In this document: piece by piece, positions 25,441-35,653 of the stretch
Position numbering within the stretch: the first letter of the stretch is position 1
Layout of the letters: the number at the start of each line of letters is the position of its first letter
DNA from: a bacterium CG2_30_37_16
Lineage (GTDB): Bacteria > Patescibacteriota > CPR2
NCBI GenBank assembly: GCA_001872945.1
Contig: MNYC01000006.1
Location: 1 to 41,316 of the forward strand
DNA length: 41,316 nt
Direction: 5' to 3'
The notes under the pieces: generated by a model
Database searches by the model: none
Told to the model about the DNA's origin: nothing
The model's input: the letters and a program-made list of their open reading frames with translations, nothing else
Position numbers and translations under genes: made by a program

Positions 25441-26094
25441 ATGAAGAAGTTTGACTACAAAATTCAGGTTGATAAAGATATCTATAATTATAGAGGCAAA
25501 GTTGACTCTTTTTATAATCTCAGCCATCAGCTTAGTGATCTCTTTTACTTGATTAATAAATTTAGAATAAAAATACCAAAAATTCTTATTATAGGAACGG
25601 GGGATAATTTACTGAAGATAATATTAAATGAAAAGTATGGATTTGGGGCACAATCATTGGATATAGATCCATGTTTAAAGCCGGACTATGTGGGATCTGT
25701 GGATGATTTAGGGACGGTTTTAAAACAAAAATACGATATTATAGTTTGCGCCCATGTTTTAGAGCATTTGCCATTCGATTACTTCAATAAATCACTAAAC
25801 CAAATAAGGAAATTTTCAAATTATTCACTAATTTATTTGCCGAAAGCACAGTTACAATTTTTTACCGAAATAGGAATTTTACCTTTATGGAAAAAGAGGT
25901 TTAAGATTTCTTTGCCTTTATTTTTTAAAAAACATAAATTTGATGGGGAGCATTATTGGGAAATTGGCACCAAGGGTTATGCTGTCACGATTATAATGAA
26001 TTTTATCAAGGGCCATTTTTATATATTAAAAGATTATAATTCTCCATATTGGCTCTACAGTTATAATTTTATTTTAAAATCAAAGAAGAATTGA
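25441..26094 (+). CDS. Class I SAM-dependent methyltransferase-like protein
   Basis: ILIIGTGD, LDID..LKPD, HVLEHLPF, HYWEIG; ATG 25441 preferred over 25384. Confidence 0.8.
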   Translation: MKKFDYKIQVDKDIYNYRGKVDSFYNLSHQLSDLFYLINKFRIKIPKILIIGTGDNLLKIILNEKYGFGAQSLDIDPCLKPDYVGSVDDLGTVLKQKYDIIVCAHVLEHLPFDYFNKSLNQIRKFSNYSLIYLPKAQLQFFTEIGILPLWKKRFKISLPLFFKKHKFDGEHYWEIGTKGYAVTIIMNFIKGHFYILKDYNSPYWLYSYNFILKSKKN

Positions 26095-26095
26095 A

Positions 26096-27367
26096 ATGGG
26101 AATACTATCAATATTAACAATTAATTCTATTCATCAAAGGATTTTTAAGCAATCTGCCAGCAAGGAGATGAACCATTTTATTAAAGACCTTTCTTGGTCC
26201 ATTTTTGGCGGTGGCATTTCTAACATATTTGCTTTTATATTATTAGTTGTTGTTGCTCGCATTCTAGGTCCTCAGAACTTCGGCCAATATAATAGCCTAT
26301 TATCCTTTGCTGCCGGTATTTCGGTTATCTTTTTACTTGGTGTAAATGTTGGCAGCATTCGGTTTTTATCTGATACGGAATATAGGTTAAAACAAAGAGA
26401 AATTTTTACAGCTTCTCTTGTGCTCAGTTTGCTACAATCCGTTATCGTTACGATTATTCTTCTATATCTCCATTACTTTGTTCAAGTGAAGCTCTTTTCT
26501 GACTTGACATTTCTCTTGGGTCTTCTCTTTGCGTTTATTTTAAGTTTTAAAAATTTATTTGATAGTTATCTTAGGGCCTTTAATTTTATCGTTCAGCAAA
26601 GTTTTTTACGTATTGCGGAGATTTTAATAACTTTTGCTTCATTTATGGTTATCAGTTTTGTTATTGGTGAAATAAGTTACATCTCGCTTTTAATCGCTTT
26701 CATTATTGGGTCGACTTGTTTTATTTTTTATTCTGCATTCATTTTATTCAATAAATTAAGCCGTTTCACTTTAAAAGAGGTTTCATTATTGATTAACTAT
26801 AATAAAGTATTAATAATCTCTCTTGTGGGAACCTTTATTTTGAGTATGGATAAGTTTTTTATAGGAAAATTTATAGGTATAAAGGAATTGGGCGTTTATA
26901 GCGCTTACTATTCTCTTTCTTTTTTAATTATGTCCACTCTTGGATCTATTCTAATGAATGTTTTTTGGCCTGCTACAATAAAAAACAAAGAAAGTTTAAA
27001 GGAAATAGCCAGAAAGATGAGGGTATTATTTATAAAAGTTCTTCCCTTTTGGTTTATAGGAATATCATTGTTTATGACAAGTATGATACCATTTTTTGGA
27101 AGAGATTATAGGTTCAGTATAATTTTGATTATTTTATTTTCACTAAGTTCTTATAGTTTGTTAGTTTATAATGTTTTTTTAAGCTTTTTAAGTATTAATA
27201 GTATTAAAAGTAGTGCAGTTTTTGTAAGTATTTCTGCTCTTATCTTAGTATCGACGATATTAATTTTTAAGGATATAAAAATTTACCTTTTCTCCCAGAT
27301 ATTAATTTATGGCATATGCTCCAAAATATTTTTTAGTAAAATTATTCTTGAAAAGAAGGGCAAATGA
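26096..27367 (+). CDS. wzx: Oligosaccharide flippase
   Basis: ARILGPQNFGQY, DKFFIGKFIG..ELGVYSAYY; ~12 TM segments. Confidence 0.88.
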   Translation: MGILSILTINSIHQRIFKQSASKEMNHFIKDLSWSIFGGGISNIFAFILLVVVARILGPQNFGQYNSLLSFAAGISVIFLLGVNVGSIRFLSDTEYRLKQREIFTASLVLSLLQSVIVTIILLYLHYFVQVKLFSDLTFLLGLLFAFILSFKNLFDSYLRAFNFIVQQSFLRIAEILITFASFMVISFVIGEISYISLLIAFIIGSTCFIFYSAFILFNKLSRFTLKEVSLLINYNKVLIISLVGTFILSMDKFFIGKFIGIKELGVYSAYYSLSFLIMSTLGSILMNVFWPATIKNKESLKEIARKMRVLFIKVLPFWFIGISLFMTSMIPFFGRDYRFSIILIILFSLSSYSLLVYNVFLSFLSINSIKSSAVFVSISALILVSTILIFKDIKIYLFSQILIYGICSKIFFSKIILEKKGK

Positions 27368-28314
27368 TAAAAATATCAGTTGTTATACCTACATTCAACC
27401 GTGATTGGTGCATAGTAAGAGCAATCAAATCAGTTTTAAGCCAAAATTATGATAATTGGCAAATTATTTTAATTGACGACGGATCCATTGATAGAACAAA
27501 AAATATTTTAGAGCCTTATTTAAAAAGCGATACAAGGATTAAATATATTTATAAGATTAATGGGGGTGTAGGGTCTGCAAGGAACGTTGGCATTGAATAT
27601 ATAATAAGGAATAATAATAATTTAAAGAATAATTACATTTTATTTTTAGATAGTGATGATGAGCTGACTGAAAATGCTTTAACGGTAATCAAAGAATCTA
27701 TTAAAAAAAATAATAATCAAGAAATATTCTTTTTTGGCAGTTCCAGTGAAAAGGATAAGAAAAATTACTATATGCTGAAAAAAAATTTAATGATTGGTTT
27801 TAAAGAGCTTTTGAGCGATAAATATACTTCTGGAGAGCGTGTAGCTATAGTGATGGCAAGAGTATTTAAGCATAAAGAATTTCGTTTCAAAGAGAATATT
27901 TGCGGCGGTGAAGCTATGCTCTGGTGGGAAATGGCTAAAAAAATTTGTATCTTATGTATAGATGAGGTTGTAGTTATAACACATACGGGATCTAAAAATT
28001 CAATTACAAGAGGTGAATTAAATAATAATTCAGTTAATAACATTTATAATATTAGCCAAGAAATAATCCGTTTATATTCCGAAGATCTTAAGAGGTATAA
28101 TAAAAAATTTTTAGGTTCAAATTATTTCGTTTATGCTAGGGCTACTGCATTACTCGGAAATAGAAAAAAAAGTATAAAATTATTTTTTAATGGCTTAATC
28201 TTAAATCCTTTTGATCTAAAAAGGATATCAATTTATTTATTATCCATGGTAGATTATAACCTAAAGCTAATAAATTTTTTACAGAAGGTAGAGTCTAGGT
28301 TTAAATTTTTATAG
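27364..28314 (+). CDS. Glycosyltransferase family 2
   Basis: SVVIPTFNR, IDDGS.D, ARNVG, FLDSDD. Confidence 0.93.
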   Translation: MIKISVVIPTFNRDWCIVRAIKSVLSQNYDNWQIILIDDGSIDRTKNILEPYLKSDTRIKYIYKINGGVGSARNVGIEYIIRNNNNLKNNYILFLDSDDELTENALTVIKESIKKNNNQEIFFFGSSSEKDKKNYYMLKKNLMIGFKELLSDKYTSGERVAIVMARVFKHKEFRFKENICGGEAMLWWEMAKKICILCIDEVVVITHTGSKNSITRGELNNNSVNNIYNISQEIIRLYSEDLKRYNKKFLGSNYFVYARATALLGNRKKSIKLFFNGLILNPFDLKRISIYLLSMVDYNLKLINFLQKVESRFKFL

Positions 28315-28323
28315 GGTGAAGCG

Positions 28324-29043
28324 ATGACAAATAAAAAAAATACAGATAAGGAGCTATGGGAATTCCATCAAACGGAAAATATTGCAGTTTTTGAAGTAGG
28401 CCATCCAAGACAAGATATGTTATATAAACAGGCGCTTAGCCTTAGGAAGGATGGAAATGTCTTGGAGATTGGGTTTGGTGATGGATATTTGCTCAATAAG
28501 CTTGCCAAAAATTATCATTGTTATGGTGCTGATATTTCACAGGGTAATTTAAAAAGATTAAGCAAAAGCTGTAAATATATTAATACTAGTTTAATTGATA
28601 TAGATGGCAAAATCCCTTTCAAAGATAATATGTTTGATTTTTTCATCGCCTCAGAAGTTTTGGAGCATATGAACAATAGAGAACTTATGGTTTGTATTAA
28701 AGAAATGCTTAGAGTGTTGAAGCCTGATGGATATGCGATTTTAACAGTTCCAGCAGATGAGAATCTAAAAAATAATGAGTGTTTTTGTCCAAATTGTAAA
28801 AATATATTTCATCGTTGGGGTCACGAGCAAACGTGGAGTATAGGTAAAGTTAAAAAAGAATTTAAAGAATTTAAAATAATTAAAATAAAAAAGTTTTGGA
28901 ATCGTTATATCGAGAAAAGCAAAATCCAAAATCTAGCTAGTTACATGCCATACATACTTAGAATTATTTTTGGAAAAATCCTTAAATTAGAAAATAGCAA
29001 TTATTTAATTATTCTTAAAAAAAAGTCTAAAAAAGGAGAATAA
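28324..29043 (+). CDS. Class I SAM-dependent methyltransferase with CxxC insert
   Basis: VLEIGFGDG, GADIS, SEVLEH, RVLKPDG, CPNC. Confidence 0.9.
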   Translation: MTNKKNTDKELWEFHQTENIAVFEVGHPRQDMLYKQALSLRKDGNVLEIGFGDGYLLNKLAKNYHCYGADISQGNLKRLSKSCKYINTSLIDIDGKIPFKDNMFDFFIASEVLEHMNNRELMVCIKEMLRVLKPDGYAILTVPADENLKNNECFCPNCKNIFHRWGHEQTWSIGKVKKEFKEFKIIKIKKFWNRYIEKSKIQNLASYMPYILRIIFGKILKLENSNYLIILKKKSKKGE

Positions 29044-29044
29044 T

Positions 29045-29886
29045 TTGAAAAAAAATAAAGAGTTATACGAGGATAATTATAAAATGGGAGCGCATTTTAG
29101 TTTTGGGAAAAACTGGAGTAATTTCTTAAGCAATTTGAATGATAAAAAAATTGATGAAGCCGAAAATCTTTAAAGAGTTTTTTAGAAGTAGATACTTTAA
29201 AAGGAAAAACTTTCATTGATATAGGTTGTGGCAGCGGTTTATTTTCCTTAGTGGCTTATAATATGGGCGCTAAAGAAGTAGTGAGTGTTGATATTGATCA
29301 ATTTTCGATTAAATGTGTCCAGCAGTTATGGATTAGGGAAAATAAGCCAAAGAATTGGAAAATAATTACCGGATCCGTCTTAGATAAAAATTTTATTAAA
29401 TCTTTGGGACAATTTGATGTTGTATATTCTTGGGGCGTCTTGCATCATACAGGCGATATGTATAGAGCTTTTGGAAACGTAATTAATTTAGTCAAAAACA
29501 ATGGATTAATGTTTCTGGCAATCTATAATAAATGCCATGGCAAAAATGCTATATTGGCAGGATCCTCTCGGTTCTGGTTAAGAGTTAAAAGGAAATATAA
29601 TAATTCCGGAAATATCGGTAAAAAAATAATTGAATTTTTATATTATGTTTATTTCTTCCTTGGTTTTTTTATTTTACTTAAAAATCCCTTTAAATACATT
29701 AAAAACTATGGGGAAAGAGGAATGAGTTTTTATTATGACATAATCGATTGGCTTGGAGGTTATCCTTATGAATTTGCAACAGGCGACGAGCTGATAAACT
29801 ATTTTTCAAAAAAAAGTTTTCTTACAAAAAAAGTAAAATTTACCGATAATACAGGATGCAATGAACTGCTCTTTTTAAAAAAGTAA
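29045..29886 (+). pseudogene. Class I SAM-dependent methyltransferase with a frameshift at ~29163-29166
   Basis: AAGGAG RBS and TTG 29045 give ...HFSFGKNWSNFL...IDEAE; one extra A continues as KSLKSFLEVDTLKGKTFIDIGCGSGLFSL into ORF 29251-29886 (YSWGVLHHTG, DWLGGYPYE). Confidence 0.85.
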
Positions 29887-29889
29887 AAT

Positions 29890-30990
29890 TTAAATCGAGT
29901 TATATAATTTAACGATTTTTTTAATAATTATATCTGAGTCAAAATTTTTAATAATGGTTTCTTTGGCGTTATTACCAAGTCTTTTACAAAGTACTTTATC
30001 TTTTATTAATTTTCTAATCGCAGATTCCAATGATAAACTATCTTCAACCGGCACCAGCAAGCCATTTTCGTTATGTTTAATTAATTCTTTATTAACATCA
30101 ATGTCGGTTGTAACAATTGGCAGGCCGCTGGCCATTGCTTCCAAGATGGCATTACTCATGCCTTCCGATAATGTTGGCAAAGTAAAGATATCGCTAATAT
30201 TTAAAATCTGGGCTACGTCTTTACGGATTCCCAGAAAATATATATTTTTTTTTGATTTGTATTTTTTTATTAGACTTTTCAGTCTTTCTTCTTCTTCTCC
30301 ATCTCCAACTAGAAGCAGATTAATATTTTTTTTATCTTTATATATATTTTCAAAGGCTTCTAAAAGGTATTCATGGCCCTTGCCTTTTCTAAGTCTTGCA
30401 AGGCATGTAATATTTAAATTGTTCGGATTAATTTTTAGCTTTTTCTTTTTATTCTCTTTATCAAGAGAGAAATCAAAGGTTTTTATGTCTATAATATTGG
30501 GAATAACTGTAAATTTTTTTTCCGATAAACCTAATATTTTCGCTGTTTCTTTTCGTGCAGTCTCTGTTTGTACCGTATAATGGCTTACAAATTTTTTTGT
30601 TAACCGGTCATATTTCCTTAAAAATTCCCATTGTAGCAGTGCCCCCCTTTCATTGCAGATTATTTTTTTAATGCCAAAAATTCTTCCAAAAATTCTTCCA
30701 AATAGGTTGGGATGAATTAAATAAGTGGAAAGTACCTCCGGTTTAAAATCATTTATTAGTTTTCTAAATCTTATAATAAAACCTATGTTGTATATTTTTT
30801 TTAAGTCTAAATAATAAACTGGCACCCCTTGTTCTTCTAACATTGTTCCTATTGGCCACCGTCCTTTTATGCAGCAAACTCGGCAATCTACATGTTTTTT
30901 AAGCTTTGGCAAAGTTTTTAGAAGTGCCATTTCCATTCCGCCTATATCTAAAGCGGTTACCAATATTAATATTTTTTTATTTTTAGCCAA
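29890..30990 (-). CDS. Glycosyltransferase family 4
   Basis: IGGME, RLRKGKG, VGDG, EGMSNAILEAMASGLP. Confidence 0.93.
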   Translation of the reverse strand: MAKNKKILILVTALDIGGMEMALLKTLPKLKKHVDCRVCCIKGRWPIGTMLEEQGVPVYYLDLKKIYNIGFIIRFRKLINDFKPEVLSTYLIHPNLFGRIFGRIFGIKKIICNERGALLQWEFLRKYDRLTKKFVSHYTVQTETARKETAKILGLSEKKFTVIPNIIDIKTFDFSLDKENKKKKLKINPNNLNITCLARLRKGKGHEYLLEAFENIYKDKKNINLLLVGDGEEEERLKSLIKKYKSKKNIYFLGIRKDVAQILNISDIFTLPTLSEGMSNAILEAMASGLPIVTTDIDVNKELIKHNENGLLVPVEDSLSLESAIRKLIKDKVLCKRLGNNAKETIIKNFDSDIIIKKIVKLYNSI

Positions 30991-32869
30991 AATATTCCTC
31001 CAACCAAAGTTCTAGCATGAGTAATGCCCATATTCTATATTGATGGTCCATGCCTCTTGCATGTTCTGAAAGCAAGCGGCTAATTTCTTTTTTTTTAAAT
31101 AAACTTCTTGAGGTTGCTTTTTTAGACAGCAAAGTTTGTTTTGTAAAGCTTTCCAGATCATTTCTAAACCATGTATTTATAGGTACGCCAAACCCCATTT
31201 TTGGCCTGTATAAAATTTCGTTAGGAATAAAATTCTCCAAAGCTTTTTTAAAAATGTATTTTTTGTTAGTTAAACCGGAAAGTTTTAGTTCGGGCGGAAC
31301 TTTTGCCGTAAGTTCTAAGAATTTATGATCAAGCAGGGGGGAACGGCATTCAAGAGATACTGCCATACTTGCAATATCAATTTTTGCCAGCAGATCATCC
31401 GGTAAGTAAGATACAAAATCGGTATATAACACCTGATCAATCTTATTCTTGATATTGGCGCCATTGAATTTTTCGGCAATTATCTTATAAGTGTCTTCTG
31501 GCCAGACTTGATTCTTAAAGTTATCGGTATAAAGAGATTCTTTGTCCTCGTTATTAAAGTAAGCTATGTATTCAAGGTATCTTGATCTATAGTCATCAGA
31601 GGCTGATTTAGAGAAACGGTGAGCTCTTGCAAAGAAAGGATTATTTGTATTATTTGCAAGCATTTTGGTAGCTGGCAAAACCATAGCTTTGTTTATTAGG
31701 CCTAGTTTAGCATAAAGCAAAGATAATTTAAATGCGCTATATCTGCTGTATCCAGCAAAGTTTTCATCGCCTCCATCTCCATTTAAGGCCACTGTAACAT
31801 GTTCTTTCGTTAGTTTGCTTAAGTAGCAGGTGGGAAGGGCGCTGCTATCAGCAAAAGGCTCTTCATATTGTTTTGCAAGCATCCTCAAATCTTCTAAAGC
31901 ATTTGGTTTAACAATAAATTCCGTATGGTCTGTTTTAAAGAGATCCGCAATTTTACGAGCGTATTTTAGTTCATTATACTTTTTTTCCTCAAAGCCGATG
32001 GAAAAAGTTTTTATCGGGGTTTTGCTGAATTTACTCATGATGCCAACTATAGCGCTGGAATCAATTCCACCGGATAAGAAGGCTCCTAGGGGGACATCAG
32101 AAACCATCCTTAATTTTACTGATTCTTCCAATTTGCCATTAATTTTACGAGACCATTCATCTTCTGTTAGCTTCATTTTTTTGGAATAATCTAGCTTCCA
32201 ATATTGCTCCTTTATGATCTTTTTGCCATTCAAATTTAAAAATAAATAATGACCCGGTTCCAGTTTTTTAATGCCTTTAAAACCGGTAAGTGGGGCAGGG
32301 CAGTATTGTAGAGTTAGATAGTGGTGAATGGCGGTCCAGTCCGGTTCTTTTATATATTCTTTTTGCGTTAAGATACTTTTTAATTCCGAAGCGAAAATAA
32401 AAACATTTTCATCTAAATAGTATTTGAAGGGTTTTTTACCGACCCTATCTCTTGCTGCAAAAATAGTGTTTTCCTTTTCGTCAAAAATGACAAAAGCAAA
32501 CATGCCTCGAAGGTGATCTAAGCATTTTTTACCATATTTATCGTAAAGAGCCAGAATAACTTCCGTATCGGTTTTTGATTTAAATTGGTAACCGTCTTTT
32601 TTTAATTTTTCACGTAGAATCTGAAAATTATATATCTCGCCGTTATACGAAATCCAGTATCGGTTTAGATAATTCATTGGCTGATGGCCAAGAGGGGAGA
32701 GATCAATAACGGAAAGACGGCGGTGCCCCATGCCTACTCTTTTATTCTTAGAAATATAAACGCCGCTATCATCCGGTCCACGATGGGTAATTTTTTCGTT
32801 CATAGCTTCGATATCTCGAACTAGGACTTCTTTATTATTAAAATAAGCCTTGCCTGCTATTCCGCACAT
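30983..32869 (-). CDS. asnB: Asparagine synthase (glutamine-hydrolysing)-family amidotransferase
   Basis: MCGIAG, HRGPD, HRRLSVID, NGEIYN, LSGGIDSS, GDGGDE; in this context probably amidates glycan. Confidence 0.95.
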   Translation of the reverse strand: MCGIAGKAYFNNKEVLVRDIEAMNEKITHRGPDDSGVYISKNKRVGMGHRRLSVIDLSPLGHQPMNYLNRYWISYNGEIYNFQILREKLKKDGYQFKSKTDTEVILALYDKYGKKCLDHLRGMFAFVIFDEKENTIFAARDRVGKKPFKYYLDENVFIFASELKSILTQKEYIKEPDWTAIHHYLTLQYCPAPLTGFKGIKKLEPGHYLFLNLNGKKIIKEQYWKLDYSKKMKLTEDEWSRKINGKLEESVKLRMVSDVPLGAFLSGGIDSSAIVGIMSKFSKTPIKTFSIGFEEKKYNELKYARKIADLFKTDHTEFIVKPNALEDLRMLAKQYEEPFADSSALPTCYLSKLTKEHVTVALNGDGGDENFAGYSRYSAFKLSLLYAKLGLINKAMVLPATKMLANNTNNPFFARAHRFSKSASDDYRSRYLEYIAYFNNEDKESLYTDNFKNQVWPEDTYKIIAEKFNGANIKNKIDQVLYTDFVSYLPDDLLAKIDIASMAVSLECRSPLLDHKFLELTAKVPPELKLSGLTNKKYIFKKALENFIPNEILYRPKMGFGVPINTWFRNDLESFTKQTLLSKKATSRSLFKKKEISRLLSEHARGMDHQYRIWALLMLELWLEEYFG

Positions 32870-33963
32870 ATTTTTTCTCTTATGCCCTTTTTTTTACATA
32901 ATTTAATAAAATTTAAGTATTGGATTTCCCATGAAAATTTTTCTTTAATAATTTCGAATGTATTTGTCTTAAGTTCTTGGTTACTCAGAACATTTATAAT
33001 TTTTTTCTGTAATGATTTTAAATTCCTCGGTTTATAAAGAATTATTCCCGGGATTTCTTTGGTGCCTCCCGTATCAGTAGCTATAACTGGTACATTGCAG
33101 GCCAAAGCTTCCAGTATTGTTGTGGAAATACCTTCGGAATAGGAAGGGTTAACAAAAAGGTTGCTTCGATACAAATTTTGAATAACTTTTTTATTTGATA
33201 TATTTCCAAGCAGTAAAATTTTGGGATTTTTTTTCTTTTCTAATTTTTTCTTTTCCGGTCCATCACCAATGACAACTAGTTTCAATTTTGGAAAGTCTGG
33301 AGATATTTTTTCGAAAACTTCTACTAAATCCCAAATACCTTTTTGTTCTACCAAACGGCCGATGAATATAATTTGGTTTTCGGGCTGTAATTTACCAATA
33401 AAATTTTTAGGGTCAATACTGTTATAGATAATTGAATAATTTTTTGCGCCAAGGTGCTTTGTAAATTCTCCGGCAGCTTTACTGGTTGCAATAACTCCGT
33501 TTGATAATTTGAAAAAAAGGGTTCCTAAGGTATGGTCGCATGTTCTTGCTATTATATTTAAAAACGGGTTGTTAAGCCATGTGTGACAACTGCCGTGCTC
33601 CGTTGCAAAAACCCTAATTTTTTTAAACCTGGCATAAAGGACGGAAACAAAAGATAGTATATAGAATCTGACGTGAATATTAACAATGTCTTGGTTATTG
33701 AACGTTTTTTTAAATAGCTTAATGTTTTTTAGACTTGGTTTGAGGAGCGGGAATTGACTTCCAACAAAAGGGGATTTAAAACAGCTTAGTCTAATTATTT
33801 TAACGCCTTTAATTTTTTCTTCCTGTCTTACTTTTTCAGTGTTGCAGCACAAAACCGTAACTTGGTGGCCATCTTTTATTAATTCCTGGCTTAAATTGAA
33901 AATGTATTGTTCAACGCCGCCATTGTGAGGTTTGTAAAAACTAGAAATAAAGAGGATTTTCAT
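32857..33963 (-). CDS. Glycosyltransferase family 4
   Basis: PHNGGVE, GRLVEQKG, IGDGP, EGISTTILEALA. Confidence 0.93.
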   Translation of the reverse strand: MKILFISSFYKPHNGGVEQYIFNLSQELIKDGHQVTVLCCNTEKVRQEEKIKGVKIIRLSCFKSPFVGSQFPLLKPSLKNIKLFKKTFNNQDIVNIHVRFYILSFVSVLYARFKKIRVFATEHGSCHTWLNNPFLNIIARTCDHTLGTLFFKLSNGVIATSKAAGEFTKHLGAKNYSIIYNSIDPKNFIGKLQPENQIIFIGRLVEQKGIWDLVEVFEKISPDFPKLKLVVIGDGPEKKKLEKKKNPKILLLGNISNKKVIQNLYRSNLFVNPSYSEGISTTILEALACNVPVIATDTGGTKEIPGIILYKPRNLKSLQKKIINVLSNQELKTNTFEIIKEKFSWEIQYLNFIKLCKKKGIREKICAE

Positions 33964-34298
33964 TCTTCCTTTTCCGCTTCTCTTAGGGCAAGTTCTCTGG
34001 TTAGTTTGGTGATGTCTTTTTCGATCTGCGTTAGTTTAAAATAGATTCGATAAATAGAATAAAAGATGATTAAAATGGCAAAAAAGACGGCGGCATCGAA
34101 ACCTCGGCCAACGCCTAAAAGTTTGGCCAGTTTGTCCGTGGTACCCGGATACATAGCAGCTACGCCAGTTACCAGCCAGATAATTGACCATGAAACAAGT
34201 TCGGCAATTCTGGCCTCGCCTTTTTTCACTCTTATGGCAATCCTAGACCATGCAAAGAAAATAAATAAAAATGTAATTATTTTAACGCCGCTAATCAT
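33960..34298 (-). CDS. DUF2304-family membrane protein
   Basis: 3 TM segments, LAKLLGVGRG.D, C-terminal ITKLTRELAL; usual partner of DPM-like GT2. Confidence 0.85.
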   Translation of the reverse strand: MISGVKIITFLFIFFAWSRIAIRVKKGEARIAELVSWSIIWLVTGVAAMYPGTTDKLAKLLGVGRGFDAAVFFAILIIFYSIYRIYFKLTQIEKDITKLTRELALREAEKEE

Positions 34299-34977
34299 TA
34301 AACCCTCTCCAAATCATCTTGAAAATTATATTAAATATGTTTGTGTTTTTCTGCCCTTTATCCAAAGAATATTTAGAATAAATCGCTTTTACCGGCACTT
34401 CGGTAACTCTTAACTTTTTAAGACCGATTTCCCTTATGATCTCTGAAGAAACTTCCATCCGGTCAGATTTTATATTAATAACTTTTAAGGCTTTTGCCGA
34501 AAATGCCCTAATGCCGGACTGCGAATCGGTTGTCCAAACTCCAAAAAACAAATATGTTGCCAAGTTTAGACCTAAGTTGCCGATAATCCGGTACCAAGGC
34601 ATTCCTTCTCGGTTTTTGAGACGGCTACCAATTACTACATCTGTTTTTTTTCTAAGTATTGGTTTTATAATTTTTTCGATGTCTCTCGGATCGTGTTGTC
34701 CGTCTGCGTCAACCGTAACTAAAATGTCGGCGCCATTCTTTCTGGCATATAGAAAGCCGGTATTTAATGCAGCGCCCAAACCTCGGTTCACCATGTGGCT
34801 TATAACTTTTACTTTTGGGAATCGTTTTAGTTCAGATAGAGTATTGTCGGTTGAGCCGTCATTTATTACCACAACCTGTATTTTGTCTATGCCGTCAATT
34901 TTTGACGGAAGACCTTTTAAAACCTTGGCAATGATTTTACCTTCGTTAAAGGCAGGTAGCGTAATAAATAATTTCAT
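34291..34977 (-). CDS. DPM-synthase-like glycosyltransferase family 2
   Basis: PAFNE, NDGSTD, NRGLGAA, DADGQH, GSR, DSQSGIRA; start at ATG 34977. Confidence 0.92.
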   Translation of the reverse strand: MKLFITLPAFNEGKIIAKVLKGLPSKIDGIDKIQVVVINDGSTDNTLSELKRFPKVKVISHMVNRGLGAALNTGFLYARKNGADILVTVDADGQHDPRDIEKIIKPILRKKTDVVIGSRLKNREGMPWYRIIGNLGLNLATYLFFGVWTTDSQSGIRAFSAKALKVINIKSDRMEVSSEIIREIGLKKLRVTEVPVKAIYSKYSLDKGQKNTNIFNIIFKMIWRGFND

Positions 34978-35047
34978 GGGCACATTATAAACAGTAAACA
35001 AGAAACAGTAAACAGAAAAGCACAGAAAAGCTCGAATAACAAATTTC

Positions 35048-35077
35048 TCAGCCCAAGGCTGATCCGCCTCTGGCGGA
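35048..35077. repeat. 30-bp double-hairpin unit (reverse-complement copy of 13548-13577)
   Basis: TCAGCC-CAA-GGCTGA TCCGCC-TCT-GGCGGA set within AAATTTC heptamers. Confidence 0.9.
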
Positions 35078-35201
35078 AAATTTCAAATGTCAATTCGAAT
35101 ATTCGAAAACATATTTATAGGTTCTGATTAATGTGGTAATTTAAGGATGATAAGGGGACGTAAAGTTGCTGAAAGGCATTAAGCGATAATTAGCGATAAT
35201 T

Positions 35202-35588
35202 ATGGAAAGTCCAAGTTTTAATCCGGAAGCAAATAAAGATGAGGTCGAAAGCGGCATCGTTAGAGTTGAAACAGATTTGGCAACTTATAATATTATTGGT
35301 GATGATCATGATATAGTGCTAAAACCGGAAGCCATTCCCGAAGAAGGCGATATGGTGTTTTTAGAATGTGCAGATAACTTTGCTTCTAATCCGGATAGAA
35401 TGTTTAATGACTTTTACAAAGATCCATTGATAGGGCCGATTTTGGATAAATGTCAGAAAGAGGGTAAGTTTGTTGTTTTTGGTGATGTTGCTGTTAGCGA
35501 TACTTTATTTAACGTCGAAGATACTTTACCGCAAGTCGAAAAATTAGCCGGTTATGGATTAATGACTTATGCCCTTCTAAAATTTTAA
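35202..35588 (+). CDS. Hypothetical protein, possibly the N-terminal half of a split gene
   Basis: Acidic ORF with GDDH, VFLE and VVFGD strands; stops partway through a hydrophobic stretch. Confidence 0.55.
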   Translation: MESPSFNPEANKDEVESGIVRVETDLATYNIIGDDHDIVLKPEAIPEEGDMVFLECADNFASNPDRMFNDFYKDPLIGPILDKCQKEGKFVVFGDVAVSDTLFNVEDTLPQVEKLAGYGLMTYALLKF

Positions 35589-35653
35589 AACCTAGCTTAG
35601 AAACCATTCTAAATAAAATTGCTGATTAACCCAAAAAAACTGGAGATAAAAAT

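Noticed and set aside
29954..30580. 208-aa antisense ORF, and similar ones at 5327-5722, 8330-8836 and 34436-34990
   Set aside because: Shadow ORFs overlapping well-supported genes, with no motifs or RBS.
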